Assembly: GCA_024222475.1 (NCBI GenBank) | Contig: JAAEPA010000958.1 | Location: forward strand, 1-43,957 | Direction: 5' to 3' | DNA: 43,957 nt | Source: Gammaproteobacteria bacterium | Lineage (GTDB): Bacteria > Pseudomonadota > Gammaproteobacteria > JAAEPA01 | Notes under the pieces: generated by a model | Told to the model about the DNA's origin: nothing | The model's input: only the letters and a program-made list of their open reading frames with translations | Database searches by the model: none | Shown here: positions 31,135 through 39,781 of the stretch, in pieces | Layout: every line of letters starts with the position of its first letter | How positions within the stretch are numbered: position 1 is the stretch's first letter | Position numbers and translations under genes: made by a program

Positions 31135-31995
31135 TTAACGATCATCCTTCAAATGTAAAAGAACATTGTCAATCAATCTTGCCTTACCTAGCCAGGCGGC
31201 GGCAAGGATCACCAAGGCCTTGTCTTGCGAGCCTGCATCACTCAGATCCCCTTGCCTTAGAATTCTTAAGTAATCTGGAGTATACCCATGAGATATAAGA
31301 TCTTTTTTTGATTCCTCCAAAATCTTTGAGTACTCCCGAGCACCCCCTTTAATGGCGATTTTCAGCCCCTTCAGAACCAGGTAAAGAAGCGGTGCCCGAC
31401 GACGTTCATCGGTACTGAGATAACTGTTACGAGAGCTCATCGCCAAGCCATCGGATTCTCTTACTGTCGCCACGGCTACGACCTCAACCGGAATATTCAG
31501 ATCCGCCACTAACCGTCTGATGAGCAACAATTGCTGGTAATCTTTTTTCCCAAAGACAGCGACATCCGGTTGAACCATATTGAAAAGTTTAGTCACTATA
31601 GTGGTCACCCCACGGAAATGACCCGCCCGACTGGCGCCACAAAGAATCCGTGACAGTCCCGGGACATCGACTTGGGTAGCAGTTTCCATACCCAGTGGAT
31701 AGACCTCGGAGGAGCTCGGGACAAACACCAAATCAGCACCCATTCCCTCAAGTTTTTGCCTATCCTCCTCCAGGGTACGAGGGTAGCCCTTTAAATCATT
31801 CTCACGATCAAACTGCATAGGATTGACAAAAATACTCACCACTACCCGTGACGCCTCAGCCTTTGCTGTTTCCACCAATTGAAGATGACCACGGTGAAGA
31901 TTGCCCATCGTCGGCACCAAGGCGATGCGCTCTCCTTCGGCACGCCATTGTCCCAGCACTTTTCTGAGTTCAGGAATATTAGAGACAGTCAACAT
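31135..31995 (-). CDS. panC: Pantoate-beta-alanine ligase
   Basis: VPTMGNLHRGH, SIFVNPMQF, FGKKDYQQ, GLAMSSRN, RLIDN. Confidence 0.96.
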   Translation of the reverse strand: MLTVSNIPELRKVLGQWRAEGERIALVPTMGNLHRGHLQLVETAKAEASRVVVSIFVNPMQFDRENDLKGYPRTLEEDRQKLEGMGADLVFVPSSSEVYPLGMETATQVDVPGLSRILCGASRAGHFRGVTTIVTKLFNMVQPDVAVFGKKDYQQLLLIRRLVADLNIPVEVVAVATVRESDGLAMSSRNSYLSTDERRRAPLLYLVLKGLKIAIKGGAREYSKILEESKKDLISHGYTPDYLRILRQGDLSDAGSQDKALVILAAAWLGKARLIDNVLLHLKDDR

Positions 31996-32027
31996 GACTA
32001 TAAAGAATTGAGATCGAAACCAAAACG

Positions 32028-32840
32028 CTAAAAGGCATGTTCAGGAGCAGGAAAACGATGATTTTTTACAGCATCGACATAGGCGCGGACGGCTTCCTGT
32101 ATCGTCTTTCCCCCCTCGATAAAATTATGCGCGAAACGGGGGACCTTGCCAATCGTGATACCCAGCAAATCCTGCAATACCAGGATCTGACCGTCGCAAT
32201 CCAGACCCGCACCTATACCGATGACGGGCACATCCACATTCGCGGTAATCTCAGCCGCCAATAAACTAGGCACACATTCGAGCAACAGCATCGCCGCGCC
32301 CGCCTCCTGTAAGCTCGAGGCATCCTCCAACATCAGCGCAGCACTGCGTTCATCCTTGCCTTGAACCTTGTAACCGCCCAATTTATAGATCGACTGCGGT
32401 CGTAGGCCCAGATGCGCACAAACCGGTACGCCTTGATCGTTGAGACGCCCCACCGTTTCGATCTGGGTGGTGCTGCTTTCGAGCTTGACCATATGCACCC
32501 CACCTTGCTGCATTAATCTCGCCGCATTCATCAGCGCCTGCTCGGGACTGCAATAACTCATAAACGGCATATCACCGACCACCAAGGCCCGCCGGCTTCC
32601 TCGAACCACGCACCGACTATGGTAAACCACATCATCCATGGTCACTGGCACGGTGGTCTCAAGGCCTTTGATCACCATACCAAGCGAGTCGCCCACCAGG
32701 ATTAACTCCACTCCCGCATCCTCCACCACTGCGGCAAAACTGGCATCATATGCCGTGAGACATGCTATTTTTTTCTTTTCCTCCTTCATTTTCTTGAAGG
32801 TAGAAATGGTGATGCGTTTGGATTCAAGCGGTACGCTCAT
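32028..32840 (-). CDS. panB: 3-methyl-2-oxobutanoate hydroxymethyltransferase
   Basis: LTAYD, LVGDSLGM, DMPFMSY, HLGLRPQS, IGIGAG, DGQILV. Confidence 0.96.
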   Translation of the reverse strand: MSVPLESKRITISTFKKMKEEKKKIACLTAYDASFAAVVEDAGVELILVGDSLGMVIKGLETTVPVTMDDVVYHSRCVVRGSRRALVVGDMPFMSYCSPEQALMNAARLMQQGGVHMVKLESSTTQIETVGRLNDQGVPVCAHLGLRPQSIYKLGGYKVQGKDERSAALMLEDASSLQEAGAAMLLLECVPSLLAAEITANVDVPVIGIGAGLDCDGQILVLQDLLGITIGKVPRFAHNFIEGGKTIQEAVRAYVDAVKNHRFPAPEHAF

Positions 32841-33065
32841 CGCTGTTCTCAGTTTTTTGTAATTTAGACCCGGTAAGCGGTGTGGGGGAAACGCCGATTA
32901 GAGGCTATACCCATGATGGATGGGATTTCGGGTGTGCAAAGTGCATTGGATCTGTCGCAGAGTCTGGCAGAACACGTAAGGCATAGTTTTTCTATGGTTC
33001 TGGTATTCTAACACGGCAAAGGCGGCGTGCTATGGGCCCTGGAAACTCTCTCGTCACTGGTAAAA

Positions 33066-34391
33066 TCACCGGTCCCCGATATTGGTACCAGCACCGGTAG
33101 ATCTTCTCCGATACCGCCGTGCCCCAGAACCTCCAGTGGTCTTGCTCATTACCGTTGCGGTTTTGACAGTCGACGCCTGATATTCCGTCCACCAACGGCA
33201 ATCATCCTGCAAATCCTCTCCTGCCTCAGCACGCAGACATAAAAAATCATAGGCTGCCCGAAAGCGCGGGTGAGTTACGAATCTCTGAGGCCGTTTACCC
33301 GACTTGAATCTGAACCTGGATTGCAGAAACCATATCTCACGCATGGTCACATTAAAGCGTTTCGGAATAGAGGTATGCCTGAGCTGATCCGCGATCACGT
33401 CCCGGCCCGCATTCTGCAGAGCCTCCGTCTCCCCCTTGTCCCCACGCAAATAATATTTCATGCGATGGCGCACCGGCTCCCATAACAACACCGCATAAAG
33501 AAATGCCGGAGTAACGTGCTTGCCGCTATTGATGCGATCATCAGTATTGCGCAGAGCGTGTGATACGAAGGTGATCGGAAATCCCTGCTCCTCTTTAGCC
33601 AAAGCCGTCTCGGTCGCCGGAAAAAGTCGACTGAACAAGCCATAGTGGCGTAATAGGGCAAATGTTTCTACTGCGGATCCACCATGAAACAACTTCGAGA
33701 CCTCGTCGTACAAACGCGCCGCAGGTACTGACTTGACGAGATCCACCAGCTCGAACATAGCGGCCTGCGTATCGGCTTCGATACGAAATCCAAGCTTGGC
33801 GGCAAACCTTACCGCTCGCAACATACGTACGGGGTCTTCCCTAAATCGAGTCAATGGATCACCGATGATTCGCAGTACCCCGCGGCGCAGATCATCCATG
33901 GCGTCGACATAGTCGACTACCGAAAAATCATTGATATCGTAATAGAGTGAATTGATTGTAAAATCACGCCGTAAGGCATCCTGCTCTATGGTGCCAAAGG
34001 CATTATCACGAATGATACGGCCATGCTCTCCCAGGGTTGGGCCCGCAGACCCGGAATCCGAGTTTGGTGAGGCGCGAAAAGTGGCAACCTCGATGATTTC
34101 TCGTCCAAACCGCACGTGGGCGAGTCGAAATCGCCGACCAATGAGACGACAATTACGAAACAGACTACGAACCTGCTCAGGGCGAGCATCGGTGACCACA
34201 TCGAAATCCTTGGGCTCACGCCCCAGCAGTAGATCGCGCACCCCACCGCCGACCAAATAGGCCTGAAAATCCGCGTCCTTGAGTCGATATAATACCTTGA
34301 GGGCAGGTTCACTAATATCGCCCCTGGAGATATGGTGATCGGGTCGCTTCAGTACGGCTGGCGTAGGGTTTTTGCTATCCAAAAGATTCAT
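33066..34391 (-). CDS. pcnB: Poly(A) polymerase I
   Basis: LVGGGVRDLLLG..PKDFD, LIGRRFRLAHV (PAP-specific), RRDFTIN, EDPVRMLRA, RFRAAYDFL. Confidence 0.95.
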   Translation of the reverse strand: MNLLDSKNPTPAVLKRPDHHISRGDISEPALKVLYRLKDADFQAYLVGGGVRDLLLGREPKDFDVVTDARPEQVRSLFRNCRLIGRRFRLAHVRFGREIIEVATFRASPNSDSGSAGPTLGEHGRIIRDNAFGTIEQDALRRDFTINSLYYDINDFSVVDYVDAMDDLRRGVLRIIGDPLTRFREDPVRMLRAVRFAAKLGFRIEADTQAAMFELVDLVKSVPAARLYDEVSKLFHGGSAVETFALLRHYGLFSRLFPATETALAKEEQGFPITFVSHALRNTDDRINSGKHVTPAFLYAVLLWEPVRHRMKYYLRGDKGETEALQNAGRDVIADQLRHTSIPKRFNVTMREIWFLQSRFRFKSGKRPQRFVTHPRFRAAYDFLCLRAEAGEDLQDDCRWWTEYQASTVKTATVMSKTTGGSGARRYRRRSTGAGTNIGDR

Positions 34392-34467
34392 GCTTCCTAG
34401 GTACCGGTAATAAAATATTTTTTACGATGGGCCATAAACTCGAGGCCCCCACCGCTACGAGTATGAC

Positions 34468-34495
34468 TTGTTTATCCACAACAGACCGCTATAAT
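34468..34495 (+). promoter_or_regulatory. Sigma-70 promoter of tRNA-Glu overlapped by a perfect DnaA box
   Basis: TTGTTT-N16-TATAAT; TTATCCACA at 34472-34480. Confidence 0.45.
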
Positions 34496-34528
34496 ACCAC
34501 TCCTTCTCATCTTGATTGCAGAAATCGT

Positions 34529-34604
34529 GCTCCCATCGTCTAGTGGCCTAGGACTCCGGCCTCTCACGCCGGCAACAGGGGTTCGAGTCCCCTTGGGAGC
34601 GCCA
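34529..34604 (+). tRNA. tRNA-Glu, anticodon CUC
   Basis: 76 nt; acceptor stem GCTCCCA/TGGGAGC; anticodon arm CCGGC-CTCTCAC-GCCGG; T loop GGTTCGAGTCC; encoded CCA. Confidence 0.95.
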
Positions 34605-34609
34605 CTCAT

Positions 34610-34754
34610 TAAGGCCGCCTATAAAAATAGTGCTTTTTTATGAGCGCAAGGAAGCGCCCACGCGCTAAACCGCAATGTACAAGTAGTGCGCGAGAGTTCG
34701 AGCACGGATCTGACGCCGCAATCGCGGAAAGGGTTACTTTACAAACTGGTACCT
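34610..34754. repeat. Possible degenerate interspersed palindromic (MITE-like) element
   Basis: Non-coding stretch with weakly complementary ends and an internal GTAC..GTGC arm; resembles interspersed repeats of environmental proteobacteria by recollection only. Confidence 0.3.
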
Positions 34755-34780
34755 GGCCGAAAGGGCTAGCCCTTTCGGCC
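34755..34780. terminator. Perfect 26-bp palindrome, probable terminator hairpin downstream of tRNA
   Basis: GGCCGAAAGGGCT|AGCCCTTTCGGCC; only a weak U-tract follows. Confidence 0.55.
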
Positions 34781-35057
34781 CATTTGCAGTGGTAAAGATA
34801 AACTCCGCACCCTGATCGGCCCGCTCAAAACCCCTCGAAAAAACGCCTTTCGTCGTCTATTCCTGCCCCCTATCCTCCTGAATCACCGCCCATCGCCTTT
34901 CTCTTAGCTATCGTCAACATAATGTGTAAGATAAACTTTGTAAATTTTCACCTTTACCGGAGAGAGAAATGCTCTGCCCGCTGAAATTTAGTCTAAGGCC
35001 AAAATAGCATCATCTATAATAGATTAACACTCACCCAGACCTCCAACGTTATTAACC

Positions 35058-37676
35058 ATGAAAATGAAGTCTCGGCACCTGTCACCGGAGAAACCGATAG
35101 CCGTCAGGGGCGTTAATGCCTCGACCAACGACGTAGAAGAACTACGCTCCATTCATGAGAAACCAACTCAAAGAATATCAAAAAACCCCGCGCAATACAG
35201 CGAAGTCAATTTACGGGCTATGATGAATCACTCACCTACATTGATCTATCAAAAAGATCTTGAAGGGCACTACTTATTCGTCAACGATACCTTTAGCCGA
35301 TTTTTCTCCGTCACTCGCAAACAAATTCTTGGGAAAACCGATGAACAGCTGTTTGATCTAAGACTTGCTAGGCATTTTCGCAAACGTGATACAGAGGCTC
35401 AAAATCAAGACAGCAACTACGAAACCAAGGAGGAAAAAATACAGTTCAATGAGACTAACTATTGGTTCTTGAGTAGCCGCCTCCCGCTGATATCACGAAA
35501 CGGTGTGGTTAATTCCATCCTCTGGAATGCGATCAATATCACTGCCAAGAAACGCATCGAACACAAAGCAAGGAATACGGGTCAGGAATTAAGTTTACAG
35601 CATCACCTGCGCGACAGCCTGCTCAATCAGCGTGCCGACTATGTTGCCGCCATCGATCCTAATTTCAACTATTTAATGGTCACGCCGGCCTATGTTGAAA
35701 TCATGCAAGAGCTGTTTGGGGTGGAGTGCAAAGAGGGCCACAATCTGAAGGCTCCCTTGAGAAATAGCCCCGAGAACCTTGATTGGTTTACTGACTTATG
35801 GAACCGGGCCTTGAGGGGTGAGCACTTCTCAGATATTTTCGAGTATGCTGAAGCCAGTGGAGAAAGCAGATACCTAAAATATGAGATGATCCCGGTTCGA
35901 CACAGCGATCATACCATCCTGGGAGCAGCGATATTTGCCCGTGATATCACCAGCAGAAAAAAAGCAGAGCTGGCGTTACAGTACAGCGAACAAGTCTACC
36001 GCAACCTGATAGAAAAGACCGACACGGGCTATGTGACATTGGATCTAGATGGGAAGGTCCTGGATGCCAATCCCGAATATGTACGTCTCTCCGGTCATCG
36101 AAGCTTATCTCAGATCCTTGGGCGGTCTCCTATTGATTGGACTCATCCCGATGATATCGAAACGCATGAAAAAGAACTCAATAAGGTGCTCTCCCGAGGA
36201 GACATGAAGAATTTACATCTGCGCTTAGTAGACTCAGGCGGCCAAATTACTCCAGTAGAGAGTAATGCCAGCATGCTGGAAACGCTCAAAGGCGAGCAGA
36301 TTATCATCTGGTGTCGCGACATCAAGGAACGCGTCGAACAACGGCGTAAGATCGAACAATTGGCATATTATGACTCACTGACCGGCCTGGAAAATCGTAT
36401 CCTGCTCACCCAGCAACTAAAAAAAGCGATTCAACGCGCCGAACGTCATGGTGAAAGACTCGCTGTCATGTTCGTCGATCTCGACCGGTTCAAACATATC
36501 AATGATTCTTTGGGTCATGAGGTCGGCGATGTGGTGTTACAGCACGTGGCCAAACGTCTAAAAACCGCTATACGAGCCAGTGACACGGTCGGCCGTCTGG
36601 GGGGAGATGAGTTTCTATGCGTGGTTTCCGAACTAACCGATGTGGAACATGACTCCATCTGCATTGCTCAGAAACTGCTGCAGGCACTAGGCCAATCCTA
36701 CCGGGTGGGCGAACATGAGCTGCACCTCTCGGCCAGTATCGGAATCAGCATCTACCCGGACAATGGGACCGATGCCTCCACCCTGATCAAGAATGCCGAT
36801 GCCGCCATGTATCAGATCAAGGAAAGTGGTCGGGACGATTACGTCTTCTTTTCACCGGCCATGAATGATCGATCGCACAACTTTGTCGCCATGGCCAATA
36901 AACTACGCTCAGCCCTGGCAAACAGACAACTCGAGCTGCACTTTCAACCCCAATACCGATTGAGCAACAGTGAGATGGTAGCCGCCGAGGCCCTGTTGCG
37001 CTGGCATCATCCCGAGCAGGGCTTTATTCCGCCGGCTACATTTATTCCGGTAGCCGAGGACATCGGTCTGATGAAGTCCTTGGGCCACTGGATCCTGGAA
37101 AATACCTGTGCCCATTTACAACAATGGCGCTCCCTAAACCTTCCCTTGGTACCCATCTCCATCAATGTATCCGCGCGTCAATGCCGGGATAAATGGGTGG
37201 AAGACGAGGTCCTGCATTGCCTACAAAAATACGATATCGCTCCCAAATACCTGCAGCTGGAATTCACCGAAAGTTCACTGATCTCCAATTCCTGTGAGGC
37301 GAAATACATGCTCAAGGAGCTCAAATCCCTAGGCATCAGCATCGCAATCGATGATTTCGGTACCGGTTTTTCCAGCCTGAGCTATCTCAAACAGTTTCCC
37401 ATCGATAAATTAAAGATCGACAAAAGCTTTATTCTCGATATCGGATGTGACGAGGGCGATGAAACCATTGTCGCCGCGATTATCGGTCTGGCCAAAAACC
37501 TCAAATTATCGGTGTTGGCCGAGGGCGTGGAAACCGAAACACAACTGAATTTCCTCAAGAATCTACATTGTGATGAAGCCCAGGGCTTTTATTACCACCG
37601 CGCCCTGGACAGTAAACATTTTTTAAAACTGCTGACCCAGAGAAAGAACAAACCTCAGATCGAGCAGCCGGCTTGA
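35058..37676 (+). CDS. Cytoplasmic PAS-PAS-PAS-GGDEF-EAL diguanylate cyclase/phosphodiesterase
   Basis: Three PAS/PAC units, RASD I-site, RLGGDEF, EALLRW, DDFGTGFS, KIDKSF, EGVET, QGF. Confidence 0.93.
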   Translation: MKMKSRHLSPEKPIAVRGVNASTNDVEELRSIHEKPTQRISKNPAQYSEVNLRAMMNHSPTLIYQKDLEGHYLFVNDTFSRFFSVTRKQILGKTDEQLFDLRLARHFRKRDTEAQNQDSNYETKEEKIQFNETNYWFLSSRLPLISRNGVVNSILWNAINITAKKRIEHKARNTGQELSLQHHLRDSLLNQRADYVAAIDPNFNYLMVTPAYVEIMQELFGVECKEGHNLKAPLRNSPENLDWFTDLWNRALRGEHFSDIFEYAEASGESRYLKYEMIPVRHSDHTILGAAIFARDITSRKKAELALQYSEQVYRNLIEKTDTGYVTLDLDGKVLDANPEYVRLSGHRSLSQILGRSPIDWTHPDDIETHEKELNKVLSRGDMKNLHLRLVDSGGQITPVESNASMLETLKGEQIIIWCRDIKERVEQRRKIEQLAYYDSLTGLENRILLTQQLKKAIQRAERHGERLAVMFVDLDRFKHINDSLGHEVGDVVLQHVAKRLKTAIRASDTVGRLGGDEFLCVVSELTDVEHDSICIAQKLLQALGQSYRVGEHELHLSASIGISIYPDNGTDASTLIKNADAAMYQIKESGRDDYVFFSPAMNDRSHNFVAMANKLRSALANRQLELHFQPQYRLSNSEMVAAEALLRWHHPEQGFIPPATFIPVAEDIGLMKSLGHWILENTCAHLQQWRSLNLPLVPISINVSARQCRDKWVEDEVLHCLQKYDIAPKYLQLEFTESSLISNSCEAKYMLKELKSLGISIAIDDFGTGFSSLSYLKQFPIDKLKIDKSFILDIGCDEGDETIVAAIIGLAKNLKLSVLAEGVETETQLNFLKNLHCDEAQGFYYHRALDSKHFLKLLTQRKNKPQIEQPA

Positions 37677-37682
37677 GTATAG

Positions 37683-37718
37683 CCTAGCCCGGATAATTCA
37701 TGAATTATCCGGGCTAGG
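37683..37718. repeat. Perfect 36-bp palindrome bounded by CTAG
   Basis: CCTAGCCCGGATAATTCA|TGAATTATCCGGGCTAGG between convergent genes. Confidence 0.9.
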
Positions 37719-38300
37719 AGGGAATTGCGCCAATATTTTTTTAACGGCCCCATTGATCTTTTTTCCCTTCTCCTCTTTAGTTTCTGATGGTAGCACCCGG
37801 GCCTGGGCAGTTCCGCGCCAAATGGCCCTTCGAGTCTCGCCATCGGAAATAATCAACAGCAGGGTTCCTTGTTCGTAGTCATTCTCCCTTGAGGTACGCC
37901 ACACACCAGGATTTGATTGGAACCCTTCATCCACCGGACCAATACGGGGTGCCCAACCTGCCCAGTGGCCCAGCGTATCATCACTGGTCTTGGATTCCAC
38001 CCAGACTGAATAGCGAATAAAAAAGTCAGGGGCGCCCACCGCCTGTCTCTCGTAGCCTTTGCCCGTTAATTCAGAATCAACAGCTGCGCGGATTTGGGAA
38101 TCGAGAAATTTATAACGGGCGGAAAATTCTGCCTGTCCCTTACTCTTTTTGGGCATCCAAAGATAATTTTTCAGATCCGAAAATCGTATAGATTTATCGT
38201 ACTCCGAACTAACCTCAATAGTGCTGCAAGCACTGAGCATGACGACGCACAGGGCCAGAACATAGTATTTTAAATAGATCATCTTGCCGGTTTCCCTCAT
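37698..38300 (-). CDS. DUF4136-family lipoprotein
   Basis: Lipobox LSAC; YEQGTLLLII, IWRGTA, VKKILAQFPP. Start may be the later Met (MIYLK). Confidence 0.85.
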   Translation of the reverse strand: MRETGKMIYLKYYVLALCVVMLSACSTIEVSSEYDKSIRFSDLKNYLWMPKKSKGQAEFSARYKFLDSQIRAAVDSELTGKGYERQAVGAPDFFIRYSVWVESKTSDDTLGHWAGWAPRIGPVDEGFQSNPGVWRTSRENDYEQGTLLLIISDGETRRAIWRGTAQARVLPSETKEEKGKKINGAVKKILAQFPPSPDNS

Positions 38301-38402
38301 TTTTTTAATCTTGGCTGCATATTATAGTAAGATGTTGTTTTGAAATCTCCGAACCGGTCTTTATCCACAGGGCTCGCAGTAACCACCTTAAGAGCAGCCA
38401 AG

Positions 38403-39149
38403 ATGATAGCAATAATTCTGGCCGCCGGCGTAGGCCGACGTCTGGGGGAGACCGATAAAAGGCCACCCAAGAGCCTGCTAAGATTTGGGGGGAAATCCTT
38501 ATTACAGCGTCATATCGAAGATTTGCAACGCTATGGCATCGAGCAGATCTATATCACTGTAGGGCATCAGGTACAGGCGATCGAAGATGAGATTGGTAGT
38601 TTGGATTTGCAGAGCAGGGTTACTACGGTCTATAACCACCACTACATCAAAGGGAGCGTCATCAGCCTATGGAGCATGCGGGATCAGCTCACTGGCGGCG
38701 AAGACATCGTTTTGATGGATACCGGTGTATTGTATGATGATCGTATCATCGAAAAACTCACCCGCAGCGAGATCTCCAACTGCTTCTTGTTAGACCGCAA
38801 TTTCCAGCCTGGTGATGAACCGGTCAAAATCTGTATCCGAGATGGCATCCCGATCGAGTTTCGCAAACAGATCCCAGCCGGATTATCCTGTGAGACCTGC
38901 GGGGAATCCGTGGGTTTCTTTCGGTTCTCCAGCCAGACGGCCACTCGATTATTCCAGTCTTGCAAATACTATGTCTCACAACACCTGGATGAGACTCCCT
39001 ATGAAGAGGCGATCCGTGACCTGCGGCTGGAAACACCAACTGAATTCGGTTTTCTAGACATTACGGGTTTGCCCTGGATCGAGATCGATTTTCCCGAAGA
39101 TATCGAGCGCGCCGAGAGAACAATCCTGCCCCAGCTAACGACGGTATAA
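38403..39149 (+). CDS. NTP transferase, LicC/phosphonate cytidylyltransferase-like
   Basis: AIILAAGVGRRL, PKSLL, GESVGFF, WIEIDFPEDI; adjacent to a phosphonopyruvate decarboxylase remnant. ATG 38403 preferred. Confidence 0.85.
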   Translation: MIAIILAAGVGRRLGETDKRPPKSLLRFGGKSLLQRHIEDLQRYGIEQIYITVGHQVQAIEDEIGSLDLQSRVTTVYNHHYIKGSVISLWSMRDQLTGGEDIVLMDTGVLYDDRIIEKLTRSEISNCFLLDRNFQPGDEPVKICIRDGIPIEFRKQIPAGLSCETCGESVGFFRFSSQTATRLFQSCKYYVSQHLDETPYEEAIRDLRLETPTEFGFLDITGLPWIEIDFPEDIERAERTILPQLTTV

Positions 39150-39172
39150 TGAGCCAACCTGAGGTCATGTGA

Positions 39173-39728
39173 AGGAACATCATATCCTTACCCTCAGCCA
39201 AAGCCACCAACACCGTGATCATCGCGACAACAGGCTACACGGGCAGAGAGTTATTCGCCCTGGCAGATCGCAGCAATCATCTTTATATGGTGGGATCCAT
39301 GGGCTGCGCGTCTTCCATGGCATTGGGGTTATCAATGGTGCGGCCGGATCTAAATGTTATAGTCATCGATGGCGATGGTGCAGCCCTCATGAGAATGGGC
39401 AATCTCGCAACCATCGGCGCCTATGGCAAACCCAACCTGTTTCACATCCTACTTGATAACGAGGTGCATGATTCCACGGGGGGGACAGGCTACCGTTTCT
39501 ACAGGGGTGTCTTTTGCCCATATCGCCGCGGCCTGCGGTTACGGTAGCGCTATGGCAGGTAATTCACTTTCGATAGCAGATTCCTTGTTTGCACAAGATT
39601 CTGCCGATGGGCCCAGATTTGCGCATCTTAAGATTACTCCCGGAACAGCAGCAGACTTACCACGCCCTAATTTATCTCCAATAGAAACCTTAGAACGATT
39701 CATGGATCATATAAATTCGAAAATATAG
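39173..39728 (+). pseudogene. aepY: Phosphonopyruvate decarboxylase C-terminal (TPP-binding) fragment, truncated and frameshifted
   Basis: IATTGYTGRELF..YMVGSMGCASS..DGDGAALMRMG..LDNEVHDSTGG, then an extra G in the G7 run (39478-39484) shifts QATVS...DLPRP into another frame. N-terminal domain absent. Confidence 0.85.
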
Positions 39729-39781
39729 AATCTAGAATCTATAAACAAGATATCTTGCAACTGTATAAATTTGAACAAAAG

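Noticed and set aside
34955-34990. GGAGAGA...CGCTGAA resembling a glycine riboswitch start
   Set aside because: Remaining conserved aptamer elements are not evident and the downstream gene context does not fit.
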